Assembly (NCBI RefSeq): GCF_000485595.1
Contig: NW_014577064.1
Location: forward strand, 567,568-628,342
Length of the DNA: 60,775 nucleotides
From: Priapulus caudatus
Lineage: Eukaryota
Direction of reading: 5' to 3'
Shown: positions 13,701 to 27,500 of the stretch, in pieces
How positions within the stretch are numbered: the stretch's first letter is position 1
How the letters are laid out: each line of letters begins with the position of its first letter
Made by a program: the position numbers and the translations under genes
Notes under the pieces: generated by a model
The model's input: the letters and a program-made list of their open reading frames with translations, nothing else
Database searches by the model: none
Told to the model about the DNA's origin: nothing

Positions 13701-16700
13701 GGACATTAGCTGAAAAAATACAGTAATTCTGCGAGGCCGTGCTCCGGAATGAACTTGATAGGCAGTTAGTCCTGGCAGTTAGTAGAACTTAGTCCGGAAC
13801 GATAGTTAGTATGGCAGAATTTTCAGGGAGTCACACGGACACGTCAAATCAGGGAGTCCGACAGTAAATCAGGGAGTATTTGACTCCGGACTCCCGTTAA
13901 TTTTGCACCCTGTATATTTAGAACGTGGATATCACTGCTCACTACAGAGTTATCTGTCAGTGCTGATGCGCTGCTTTATCTGCTCATCATCATTTCAGTA
14001 ATAGATGAGGTTGGAACGGATCACCCATTTGCGATGTTGCAGCGCTCAAACACCCTCGAAAAACTCATTGATAGATGCTACTGCAAGGACTACCAAAGAC
14101 TTGGTAAGAAATTATAGCAATGGTGAAAACAACTGATGTTGTAGCTCTGTTGTAGCTTCTATGTGTTATATTGTGTTGTATAATATATCTGTGTTGTGAT
14201 TGTTTCAAGAACTCATGAACTATAGAGCAAACAATGACAAAAACAGAAAATCATATAATTTCGTAATTTCAGTTCAATCTCGTGGCTTAACACACGTAAC
14301 CCATATAATATAAATGAGTAAACCTTATCATTAAGTGGCACTACTTGTTAGAGACAGTCAAGCAGACTGCTTGTTTCTGCCTTGAAGTAGAACTTGTGAA
14401 TCGCTCTCAGTTATGCTTGTTATATCTAGTATCAGAAAAGTCCATTTTGACAACCCTTGGAGCTGAAGAGAAAGTTCAGATATATTACCTTTATCCATTG
14501 ATTACGAATTGGCGAAGGTGTGAATGTAATTTGCAAATATTGTTACCATTGTGTGTATTTTTCAGTGTATACACTTGTAGTGTTATACACTTATAGTGGA
14601 AATTAAGAGGTTTTGTTGCCGGATATTTGGTCAGGTTTGTTGACCAAGGTGTGGGACTTTCCTGTTTCCGCCAGAATACAAATTACTGCTCCTTTGTGAT
14701 ACCCTCAGACACGTCCCAAGTAATACCAACATCTGCCTGTGCACACATTCCTGTTTTGCAACCGTTTAGTTTGTTGTTAGTCGCTAGTGTTTCTTTGATT
14801 TATTATGTTACGTTATTAAAGTTTTTTTTACAGTTATTATTTTTACACGGTTTATGGGTAATGATTATACGTATTGTATAGTGTGCTTACTATAGATATT
14901 GCATAGTATGAGGTCGGTGCATCAGACTGCAATTGATAGCTGTATAATGTTAGGATCTAATAGCTACTCTTATTTTCTTGATTGCATAGTAACTTTGGAT
15001 GGGTACTGTTGATTTACCGTGAATTATTATTTACATCGAGATGTTTCTAGTTTCTAGTTTTTGTTAAGATGCCTCGTTTCCTTTATTGTGCACGTACGTA
15101 ACATGTATTTTCCAATTGTTTCTTATTTGTAATGGTTGTTTCTTTTTCAACTATTATTATTGTCATTATTTGCTAAACGTATGCTATTGCTCGACTAGGC
15201 TGTAGGCATCAGGTATCGTTATGTTTAGTTCTAGTAAATGTTGTTCTTCGGGTGTAGGTTGCTAAGTGTGCAATGTCGAGCAATGGTGTCATAGCTTGTT
15301 TGCTAGGCATCTGCCACCAGTCTGGCTTCATGCCACTATAGACCTTTTCACCAGAATGCAGTCACTTGTTGTGGAAATCATATGTGAATATAAAAGACAT
15401 TCGGTTTTTGTTACAAACAATGTACGTTTACTTTACCCTGGGCACTTTACCAGTGCCCCAAACTAACGCAACTTCAAAGATTACAAGGATCTATGAAGGC
15501 ACCTCTGGCCACTTTGAAACTAAAATGCGACGAAATTTACATTCTGCAAGTGTTGTGGTGAAAGGGTCTATGTCTCTGCACTGCACGCAACGCCTCCTCT
15601 TCTATCCGCGCTGTTTATCTCTCAGGCTTTCTCCACCAGTCTGCCGGGATGTCTGTGTTCCCGTCTAAAATCTCCGGATCGTATGATCGCAATCGCCTCT
15701 CGCCGAGAGGAGGGTCCAGATGGGTGCACAACTTGCCAGGTAACTAACTATGAGGCCGCAGGGGGTTCACCCGTCTGTTGCTAGGCACACATACAGTCTC
15801 AGCATGCAGCCGATGCTGCTGACGCGTACTTTCCGTGCGTGTTTGCGTGTCAACTAGCGTCTCTGGCCTGCCGGACGCATCTAGGTACTGGATCTAGTTG
15901 ACACATCTGGATGACGAGCGTAGCACGGTGCGTTGATGAAGGTCACGATAGAAGAACACTCGGCCGAAGCTTGGGAGCCTTCTGACAAAGATGGGGCATG
16001 GAGCAATGCGTGAAGATGGGGGTTGAGGGTAGTGGCTTCCACAATGATGGAATCTCAGCTCCTGTGGAATCCGGTCATATAACCATCTTCGTTGGGTGTG
16101 GTGAAAGACATGCCATGGTGGGGTGAAGAGTGTGCCATGGTGTGGAGAAGGGTGTGTCATATGAGGATGAAAGGCATGGCATGGTGTGGGATGTAGTGCC
16201 ATGGTGGGGTGAAGAGTGTGCCATGGTGTGGAGAAGGGTGTGTCATATGAGGATGAAAGGCATGCCATGGTGTGGGGTGAAGTGCCATACATGGTGGGGT
16301 GAAGAGTGTGCCAATGGTGTGGAGAAGGAGAGTGTGTCCATATGAGGCATGAGGGAAGGCATGCCATCTGGTGTGGGGTGTAAGTGACCATGGTGGGGTA
16401 AGAGTAATGGCCAATGGTGTGGAGAAGGTGTGTCATATAGAGAAAGGCATGCCATAGTGTGGGGTGAAGTGTATGCCATGGTGTGGGGTGAAGTGTATGC
16501 CATGGTGTGGTGAAGGGTGTGCCATATGAGGATGAAAGGCATGCCATGGTGTGGGATGAAGTGTATGCCATGGTGTGGAGAAGGGTGTGTTATATGAGGA
16601 TGAAAGGCATGCCATGGTGTGGGGTGAAGCGTATGCCATGGTGTGGGGTGAAGTGTATGCCAATGTGTGGAGAAGGGTGTGCCATATTAGGATGAAAGGC

Positions 16701-19700
16701 ATGCCATGGTGTGGGGTGTAGTGCCATGGTGTGGGTGAAGCGTATGTCATGGTGTGGGGTGAAGCGTATGCCATGGTGTGGGGTGAAGCGTATGTCATGG
16801 TGTGGGGGGAAGCGTATGCATGCGGTGTGGAGAAGGGTGTGTTCTATTAGGGTGACAAGGGCATGGCCATGGCTGGGGAGTGAAGCGTATGGCCATGGTG
16901 TGGGGTGAGCGTATGCCATGGTGTGGGGGAAGCGTATGTCATGGTGTGGAGAAGGGTGTGTTATAGTTAGGTGCGAAGGCATGCACATGCTGGGGTGAAG
17001 GCGTAGTCATGGTGTGGGGTGAAAGCGTATGTCATGGTTGGGTAAGCGTATGTCATGGTGTGGGGTGAAAGGCGTATGTCATGGGTGTGGGGTGAAGTCG
17101 TAATTGTCATGGTGTGGGGGAAGCGCGTATGTCACATGGGTGTGGGGGTGAACGTATGATCATGGTGTGGGGGGAAGCGATGTCAATGGTGTGGTGTGAA
17201 GCTATGTCATGGTGTGGAGAAAGGGTGTGGGGCCATGGTGTCGTGGTGAAGCGTATGTCATAGGTGTGGGGGAAGCGTATGTCATGGGTGTGGTGTGAAG
17301 CCGCATGTCATGGTGTGGGGGAAGCGTATCGTCATACTCAGGTGTGGGTGATAGCGGTAGCCAATGGTGTGGGGGGAAGACGTATGTCAGTGGTGTGTGG
17401 GTGTGAAGCGCGATATGTACGATGGTGTGGGTGAAGCGTATGCGCAAATCGGTCGTGGGGGGAGAAGATTCGTTATGTCACAATTGGTGTGGGGGGGTGA
17501 AAGCAGTATATGCGCAATGCGAGTGTGAGAAGAGTGTGTTAGACATAGGGTGAAAGGCTATGCCAGTGTGCCGGGGTGAAGCGGTATGGACGTTAGCTGT
17601 GCGTGCAATGTGAATGCAATACCATGAGGATGAGTAAAATCGCATTCCGCTTCTTTGGCGTGAAGGTCATGTCATTGTGGGGATGTAGGAAATGTACTTG
17701 GAGGGGTGAAGCGGATCGTACCTGACTGTAGTGCTTGGGTGAATGCAGGACAGACCTCTGACGTCCTGCTGACGAGCGTGCGGAGCCCGTGGTGCGGTCG
17801 GCCGACGTCGCGCGTGACCCCGTTGCTGCCTTACTTTCAGGTTCGGCACAATGGAGCAACAGCAAGCGTAGTGCACTGACGCGGAAGCAAAGAGCGATCG
17901 CATCCGCATATCGACGGTCAAACGTGACACTACACAGTGTGTCGCACGTAGTCCCAGTCCCGCGATCGATCCGTGCCAGATCAGCGAGTCTCCAGACGGA
18001 ACAGCATAGTGCGGAAAGCTGCCAAGACGAGCACCGGCACATACAGGTAATCAGTCACTCACTCAGTCAGGTCAGCTGCGCTCAATCTCGCATGGCGTCG
18101 GTCCACATCACTCTGGAAATCATAACAGCTCAGCAAGATCGTCCGCTCATGTCCGCATCACGTTTGGTCCACTTGATGTTGGGTTTGTGTGGGTCCCTAG
18201 AAAATTGGATAGGATTGAATAATCTGAAAATGTCGGCTAGAAATTCGCTGTAAAATAGCCTAATGGCGCAATGAAATTCTGGAAAACGGCTCTTTTTTTT
18301 TTTGGAAGAAACAGTCATTGAGGAATTGACTCATGCCTATCTTGTCTGCCAAGGCAATAGAAATTTGTTTTCTTGATGAAGACATGTTTGTTCTCTAACC
18401 CGCATTATTTGAGCATATACTGGCGCAAATACTGTGTTTCAACTAAAAGCTCATAGATCGACGGAAAGATCGATATGATTAAGACCTGGAAAACTGCTGG
18501 AAAAGGTTTGGGTGGCCTCGGTAGTACCCGAGACAGTGAGCAGCACTGCCAGTGCCACCATAGTCTGTCACATACATTCGATGTCAGTGTTGTTGATGAT
18601 GGGTTAAATTGACTACGGTCACGATCTTCCTATGTAAAATTTGTAAAAAAAAATTGACATTTTTTTACATTAAAGTCGTAAGAAACCTAACGTTGACTAA
18701 AGTATATCCTCAAACTCAATCACCAGATAAAAATGTTTAGCGTTGGTTAAATTTTGGCAAGAAATCTAAAGAGACACGGAGGTAAAGATTTGGGAATTTC
18801 TGTTTGTCCTAGACACTATGGCTCCGACCATACTGTTTAGATACTGCGTCCTCTCCTATTTTTTCACGCGGCAAATAAGGGCATGAATAAAGAAGGTATA
18901 TAAGCATGAAAAAGTAACAGAAACCACTAATTGTATTGTTTCATAACCTTTTAATTTGTACAAATGACACACAAATATACTACTATGATGGATGCTAGAA
19001 ATTCGGTAGACGTAATCACTTTAAGGGCATTGCATGGCTCTCATCAGTACATTGCCTGTACCGTGTACGTCTTCTTGCATTTGCAGGTTGTCGCTAGCTG
19101 GTGTGCTTGGCGGCACTACTGTCGCGACACAACGAGCTGTGCTACTGAGAGCCAGTGGATTCCACAGCAAAAGCCTTCTGCAGATGCTGAAGGGATCTGA
19201 CAGGACGTCAGGTGAAACACTGCTCTTCATACCACAGTAGTTTCCCTTCCTCTTTAAAGACTCAACTGCAGTCAGCCAGAATCGTACCTCTTCTATTCCT
19301 TGAGCCCATGCTTTCCTTCCTTGACATTTTACCTCATTGAGCTTTCCATTCCAAATACGAAGAAGCAAGGGACACTGAAAATAAATATAGATAAACTATG
19401 ACTCTAAATACCAAAATACGGAAATTCATTTAGAAAACTCTAGTGTAAAAGATACATAATTATGCTATATATACATGATGTACATACATGTACTGTATAT
19501 ATATATATACGTATACACACATACAAATGCTGGGTCAATTCTGTTCGTGCAAATGATAACAACCTAACAAAAAAATAAAAAAACCAAAAATTCAGCAATA
19601 GTTCAATTGTTTTGTTTGTAGTTAAACTACATGTTATTTATGGAGCATGTCGTCCTCCTGGGTTTACAGTGCAACACCCACAGTCACGAGCAGGCCAAAC

Positions 19701-21381
19701 AAGTCACCAGCCGCGAGCAAGGGAGAAATACTTTCAGGCAGTGGTCACCTCGACGCCATTAGGCAATCTCAGATACAGCATGATGTTAGGTGTGTATGAT
19801 GGAACACGCAATTACAGTCAAACCCATGTTAGCACAAAGCCACCCTGGCTAATAGAAGCCAGGCTCCTGTATACATGATGTCATAAACCGAGGATATAGC
19901 AGCTTCCAAATTCGATTGTGTTGCTACCCATACATATTGCAACAAATTGTGTACATCGAGGTATGCTATGACATACAACNNNNNNNNNNNNNNNNNNNNN
20001 NNNNTTTGCTGTGAGACAAATTACACCTGATGAGAGCGCCCACTATGCAAACGGAGAACAATTACAGCATGAGACACTATGCACTGAGATAAATTCCCTA
20101 TGAGACACATTGTTCTGTGACACAATTATACTATGAACACTATAGTCTGTGAGACAATTACACTATGGAGACACTAAGGCACATGAGACAATTACACTAT
20201 GAGACACTAATACTCCTGATAGAGCCCAATTGTACTATGAGAACACTATTGCTTCTGTGGAAGAAAAAGGACCATGTCGGCGGTATGAGACAGTATATCT
20301 CCTGAGACAATGCAGACTGTGAGGCAAAGTAGGCGTGTGAACACTGATGGACTGCTGTCTGTAACATAGTGTGTAGGGTTAGGGCTTCCGTGCGTTGATC
20401 TGGATATAGCGTTGGTATGGGTGATGTCTCTGTTCAGCTGTCTTCTCTCTCTATAATATTGTCTGACCTTTGACCTTTGTTTCTCCTATGCTACTGCAGG
20501 AAACTACCACTACCGTAACATTTGTTACCGCGCTGTATTCTGTAGTCGTTGTATCAATACTCTCTGTCACTGTACCGCTGCTATCTGTATCACTGTCATC
20601 AATACTCGCTGTATCGATATCTAGCTGTATCTGTACTCGCTGTATCGATACTCTCTGTGAGCAATACTCGCTGTATCGTTCCCTCTCTGTATCAATACTC
20701 GCTGTATCACTACTCGGCTGTAATTCTGCTCGCTGTATCAATAACTCTTGAATCTATACTTTGCTTGTATCTGTAGTCGCTGGTATCAAATACTTGCTGT
20801 TATCTCTGCTCGCTGTATCCAACTCACTGTATATACTCGCTGATCTGTAGTCACTGTATCCATACTCGTTTGTATGCTCATACTTGCTGTATTTGTACCG
20901 TCTGATATCTTGGTACTAGCTGTATTCTATACTTGCTGTATGCAATACTCCGCTGTCCCTACTCGCATATCCTGTATCGCTGTATTGAGTACTAGCTGGT
21001 ATCTCTGCTCCGCTGTATCGATACTCCCGCTGTATCATACGTCGCTGACCAATCTATCCTCGCTATATCTGTAGTCGCTGTATTGATACCGCTGTATCGT
21101 GTAGTCACTATCATACCGCTGTAATCTATATTGACTTGCTATCGTCTGCATGTTCTCTACGTTCTCTAGCCTTATAACACTCGCATCAGCATCAGCATCA
21201 TCATCAGCTGTACTCTAGAGACGATTAGTCGATGGGATGATCCTCGAGAGGGTCAATTCTTCCTATATCTGTATATTAATCATATAGCAATAAACATTTT
21301 GGGTGTGCGTGCGTGGGTGCGTGTGTGCGTGCGTGCGTTTGTGTGTGTGTGCGTGTGTGCGTGCGTGCAGTTGTGTGTGTG

Positions 21382-21412
<31 letters not shown>

Positions 21413-21447
21413 CTGCCTGCCTGCCTGCGTGAGTGCGTTTGTGCGTG

Positions 21448-21515
<68 letters not shown>

Positions 21516-24500
21516 TGGTGTGCTTGAGGGTGGAACTGTTGATCTCAGGTCAGTCTAGAGCACACTCAGAACTTCTTGGTGTGCTTCTTCAGCCATAGAA
21601 ATATATAACAACAAATGGTTTACTCTATATTTCCATGGCTCTGAAATACTCATAATACGTTTGCATTATGAAGGTATTGGAATACATATTATACACTTAG
21701 AATAACATTAAGATTTTATCATCCATGTGATTACAATATACCAACCAGTTGTGATACCAACCAGACACGGAATACAGCAGAGTGGCAGGTGTTTAAAAAA
21801 TAGCAACAAAGTTTGAACTATAGCAGGCTCCCTGTTGTCATGAAAATCTCAAGTATTGAAATATTACGGACATCTTATGTCCTACTTAAGTGGTACCCAT
21901 AATGATTCTATCGAGTGGAAATTCAGTTGAGTAAGGGCGGCAGGCACAAAGCTCCTATCCACTTGCATGCCTTGCAAAAGTCTATTGCAGCTACATCTGT
22001 TCCCAGTGAATGTGTGTTTTCAAGCGTTGGGGATGTTGTAACGGCCCTTACCGACGAGAATGTTGACATGTTAATTTTCATGAAAAAATATGTAAACGTA
22101 ATTTTCACATGACGAGTTAACATGAATATTTCCTACACGGGATGACAAAGTTATCATAGCGATGCGATTTACAACTTCTTTTTCTGTCCGTTTTTCAAGA
22201 TATGTATCAAACCGTGGCGAGTATTCTAGTATTGGGATATGTATCATATCGTGACCATGTTATATTGTTCGTTACACATCTACTGATTGGCCTTAATTTT
22301 TTTTGAATACCTCATCCTCTGAAAGACCAGATAATCTTTGCACTCGTGTCATATAATTACAGTTCAACTTGTGTTAGCAGACAATTTATAGAGACCTTTA
22401 TAGAATCGAAATCTGTCCCTTGACACTTCTGACACATTTCCAAAAGACACTTTTTGTGGATTTCCTGCATGGCAATTATTTACGACCCCCTATAGAATGG
22501 CCAACTGTCTATAAAGGACACACTTGCAATTTCCCTTGATTGTACCTCATGTACAGGTTTAACTGTTGATGGCTTTACTTGTGTAGTTTGCATACTGCTA
22601 GATGCCAGTAGCAGTTTCCCACGTGGTTGCAGGGTTTAATAATGATGCATGGTTCAATCAAGAGCTGTCTAGTTAGCTATATAGCACTTGCGTGAATTTT
22701 TTTCCACTTTTTTGTGAAACAGACTAGTAAACCTTGGCTGCGAGATTGTAGCTCTCACTGAGTGATACCCAGTCGCTGGTTGGCTCGGTCAGGTTGAACT
22801 TATGTGATTTTTGCTCTCGTGCATGTGACAGGCCACCAGATGGGTATGTCAGCATCAACGCTCAGTCTCAATTCACTCGTCTTCACGTCCGGAGCCTCGG
22901 GCGAAAATCTCACGGCCATGACGCCGGAGACGAGCCGACGAAGCAGCGCCCTGCAGCGAGCCATGAACAGCCTGCGCAATAGTGGCGGCAAGGGCTCGAA
23001 ATGTAAGCACTGACGGAGAGATCGTTTACACATCGCGAACACGGCTACACAGCTCGCAGCTTGGACGTTACCCACCAGGCTACATACGTAGTTTTCTGTA
23101 TTACGTGAACGCAAGTGGTTGCGTTAGATTCTGGTTCGATTTGAACAGGATGATAAGGAAACGTGTAATGTCTGCATGCATATGTGTGGTCTGATGATTG
23201 TATGACAACTGACATGAGGTGTTCCTATCCTCCAATGGCAGGCTGTACATGTTGAGAGTAGTGCATCATGTGTGATCTTATAGCTTATGCTTCTTCATGT
23301 GCCTCTTCAGCCATGTCACCGCTAGGCAAATGGACAAGTCTGAAGAACCAAAGACCCAATGGCAACCTGGAGGGATCAAGTGCACGGCATGTACAGACGA
23401 TGGAGCCAGGAGCAGGAACGCCTCAGATAAACGAGCCTCCACCAGGTGAGAACACGTCTAGCGCTTGTAATCTGCTAATGAATTACTAAAGCCCGTCGCA
23501 CACGTGAGTAATTTTACTCAAGTAAAATGACGCATGAGTCATTTTACTCACGTGTGCGANNNNNNNNNNNNNNNNNNNNNNNNNNNNNNNNNNNNNNNNN
23601 NNNNNNNNNNNNNNNNNNNNNNNNNNNNNNNNNNNNNNNNNNNNNNNNNNNNNNNNNNNNNNNNNNNNNNNNNNNNNNNNNNNNNNNNNNNNNNNNNNNN
23701 NNNNNNNNNNNNNNNNNNNNNNNNNNNNNNNNNNNNNNNNNNNNNNNNNNNNNNNNNNNNNNNNNNNNNNNNNNNNNNNNNNNNNNNNNNNNNNNNNNNN
23801 NNNNNNNNNNNNNNNNNNNNNNNNNNNNNNNNNNNNNNNNNNNNNNNNNNNNNNNNNNNNNNNNNNNNNNNNNNNNNNNNNNNNNNNNNNNNNNNNNNNN
23901 NNCGTGGGGTGAAGCGTATGTCATGGTGTGGGGTGAAGCGTATGTCATGGTGTGGGGGGAAGCGTATGTCATGGTGTGGTGTGAAGCGTATGTCATGGTG
24001 TGGAGAAGGGTGTGCCATGGTGTGGGGTGAAGCGTATGCCATGCTGGGGTGAAGCGTATGTCATGGTGTGGGGGGAAGCGTATGTCATGGTGTGGTGTGA
24101 AGCGTATGTCATGGTGTGGAGAAGGGTGTGTTATATTAGGGTGAAAGACATGCCATGCCGGGGTGAAGAGTATGCCATGGTGTGGGGTGAAGCGTATGTC
24201 ATGGTGTGGGGGGAAGCGTATGTCATGGTGTGGAGAAGGGTGTGTTATATTAGGGTGAAAGGCATGCCATGCTGGGGTGAAGCGTATGTCATGGTGTGGG
24301 GGGAAGCGTATGTCATGGTGTGGGGTGAAGAGTATGCCATGGTGTGGGGTGAAGGGTGTGTTATATTAGGGTGAAAGGCATGCCATGCCGGGGTGAAGCG
24401 TATGCCGTAGTGTGGTGCAATCTGGAATGCATACCATGATGAGGTAAAATGCATTCCCTCTTGGCGTGAAGTGCATGTCATTGTGGGATGTAGGGAATGT

Positions 24501-27500
24501 CATGGAGGGGTGACGGATCGTACCTGACTGTAGGTGGCTGGGTGAATGCAGGACAGACCTCTGACGTCGCGCTGACGCCGCGCCGACGTCGCGCTGACGC
24601 CGCGCCGACGTCGCGCTGACGCCCCGTTGCTGCTTACTTTCAGGTCTCGGCACAATCGGCAGCAACCTGACGCGGACCAAGAGCGAGTCGTTCCGCATAT
24701 CGACGGTCAACGTCAACTACACGGTGTGTCGCACGTATCCAGCCGCGATCGTCGTGCCGTCAGCGATCTCAGACGACAGCATAGTGAAGCTGGCCAAGAC
24801 GCACCGGCACAACAGGTAATCAGTCACTCACTCAGTCAGTCGCTGGCTCAATCGCTGGCTCGGTCACTCACTCAGTCAGTCGCTGGCTCAATCGCTGGCT
24901 CGGTCACTCACTCGGTCACTCAGTTGCTCGCTCACTTGGTCACTCGATGTTGTGTTTGTGTGGGTCCTAGAAAATTGGATAGGATTGAAAATCTGAAATG
25001 TCGGTCTAGAAATTCCTGTAAAATAGCCTATGGCCATTGAAATTCCTGGAAAACAGGCTCTTTTTTTTTTGGCCCTTAGAACAGTCATTGAAATTGAGCT
25101 CATGTCTATCTTGTCTGCAAGGCAATAAAATTTGTTTCTTATAAGCATTTGTTCTCTAACCATTATTTGAGCAATACTAGGCGCAAATACTGTGTTCAAC
25201 TAAAAGCTCATAATCACGGAAAGTCGATAGATTAAGATCTGGAAAACTGCTGGAAAAAGGTTTGCCTCAGGTGCACGAACAGTGATCAACATAACGCTGC
25301 ATCATCAACGACACTGACATCAATGTAGTGACAAGACATGGTGGCACGGGCAGTGCGCTCACTGTTCGTGCACCTGAGGCAAACCTTTTTCCAGCAGTTT
25401 TCCAGATCTTAATCTATCGACTTTCCGTGATTATGAGCTTTTAGTTGAACACAGTATTTGCGCCTAGTATTGCTCAAATAATGATTAGAGAACAAATGCT
25501 TATAAGAAACAAATTTTATTGCCTTGCAGACAAGATAGACATAAGCTCNNNNNNNNNNATATCATATACACAACATAAACTTATATATATACATATATAT
25601 ATAAAGATAAACATATATATATAAAGATAAACATATATATATGGGACAAGATAGACCTGTGCTCTAAAGGACTTTCTAGAGATACTGAACACAATAACAT
25701 AATTTTGAAACTATAGTCAATCTTCTAGGATATTTCTAGGCCCAGAGAATGATACTTGAAATCTTAGGGCTTTGCAGATGTTCCATGATGTTTAAAAACT
25801 TGGAATGCATCGTCGTAGGAATCAGTGTGTGGCTTGGATACATGGCTTGTGACACTGCTCCTACATAATTACCTGCTTGAGCCATTCACACTCTTCGACA
25901 GTGCGGTAGTAGCTGAGCGCGGGGTCAGAGGTCAGTGCGCTGGGTACGCATCCACGCATCAGCTTCTTAAACGATGCCTTGACGTGGCGAATATCATAAA
26001 AGTCGACGGGAATGAAGTCGCACTTTGGAAACGACTCCTGCTTGATGCCCTTGATCTGACCTTTCTCTCCAAGCACGTACAGAGCCGCTCTCTGCAGGCC
26101 ATTGTTGCCTGCGGAAGTTTAACATTCGAATCTTAGCCTCTGGGAGACAAAGCAAAGTTCATTGTGCCCTAGTGTGTTCAAACATCGCTTTCATTTTAAT
26201 GTTAAAGCCTCGACAACTGAGTAATTTTACTCAAGTAAAATGACGCTATGAGTCATTTATTCACCGCGTCTATTTTCAGCGTCGCCGATACGTGCATAAA
26301 AATTCACTTCAAAGGATAAGTGTAATGCAGATAATCGTGACAGTAGCCCAGCCAATATCTGTGCGCAGAATGATTTAAAACGCATCAGCTGATACAGTTA
26401 GTGATAAATTTACTCAGCCCACACACGTTGACGAAAACGCACACGTCAAAAATCATCAAACACGTATTTATTTGAAGCTTACAAATGACGTTGCGTCCAA
26501 AATTAACTCAACGAAAATCCGCCGCCACTGAGTAATACAAATCATCATCATTACTTGAGTAAAATTACTCACGTGGCGCCGAGCTTAATTCTATTACATA
26601 TTACACAAGCCGCATAGACCGTTTCTACACTGTGGAGCCTCCGTTTATCTGAGGCATTCATAGTCCGCGCTCCATCAGTCACTGTACAATGCCCGTTGCA
26701 CTTGATCATTCCAGAGTCACATTGCTCGTCTGTGTTCTTTCAGATCTTTCACTTTGCCTACCGGAGTGACATGGCATAAGACACTGTGATATTAAGCTAT
26801 AAGATCAACACATGATAACTCAACATGACAGCCTGCTAGGAGCGATAAACACCTCATGTCAGTTGTCATCAGACCACACATATGTATGCAGCATTACACA
26901 GTTCCTTATCAATTCTGTTCAAATCGAAACAGAAATCTAACGCAACTACTTGGCAACACGTTAAAATAACGTATTGTAGCCTGGGTATACCTCAAGCTGT
27001 AGCTGTTACCGCTGGTCGCGAATGTCTAAATCATCTCATCAGCTGCTTACTATTCCGAGCCCCGTTGCCGCATATTCGCAGGCGTTCATAGCTCGCTCAG
27101 CGGCCTCGACGCGCCGACTCGTCTCGCTCCATGGCTGAGATTTTCGCCCAGCCGGACTTGAAGACAGTGAATTGAGACTTGCACCATCGTTGATCTTCTG
27201 ACATACCCATCTGAATGGGCTCTGTCCAAGCACTGAGCAACAAAAATCACATTAAGTTCAACGTGACCGAGCCAACACACGACTGCTATTCACCTCAGTG
27301 CAGAGCTACTAATCTCGCAGCCAATCGTTTACTATTCTGTTTCACAAAAAAGTGGAAAAAAATTCACGCATGCTATTATAGCTAACTAAGACACCTCATT
27401 GATTGAAATCCATGCATATTATTAACACTGAACCACGTGAAACTGCTACTTGGATAACCAGTAGCAAAACTACACAAGTAAAGCCATCGACACATTAAAC

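Noticed and set aside
15560..16095. GC-richer unique stretch, possibly a retroelement fragment
   Set aside because: No recognisable RT, endonuclease or integrase motif in any frame, and the sequence is noisy.
15894..17447. His/Pro/Trp-rich ORFs up to 225 aa
   Set aside because: Products of the G-rich minisatellite.
21549..21578. Possible 30-nt phase-1 exon ([10 protein letters not shown])
   Set aside because: Weak pyrimidine tract, donor differs between copies, and it appears to lie inside the hAT remnant.
23527..24052. Long ORFs in the track
   Set aside because: They run through the 343-N gap.
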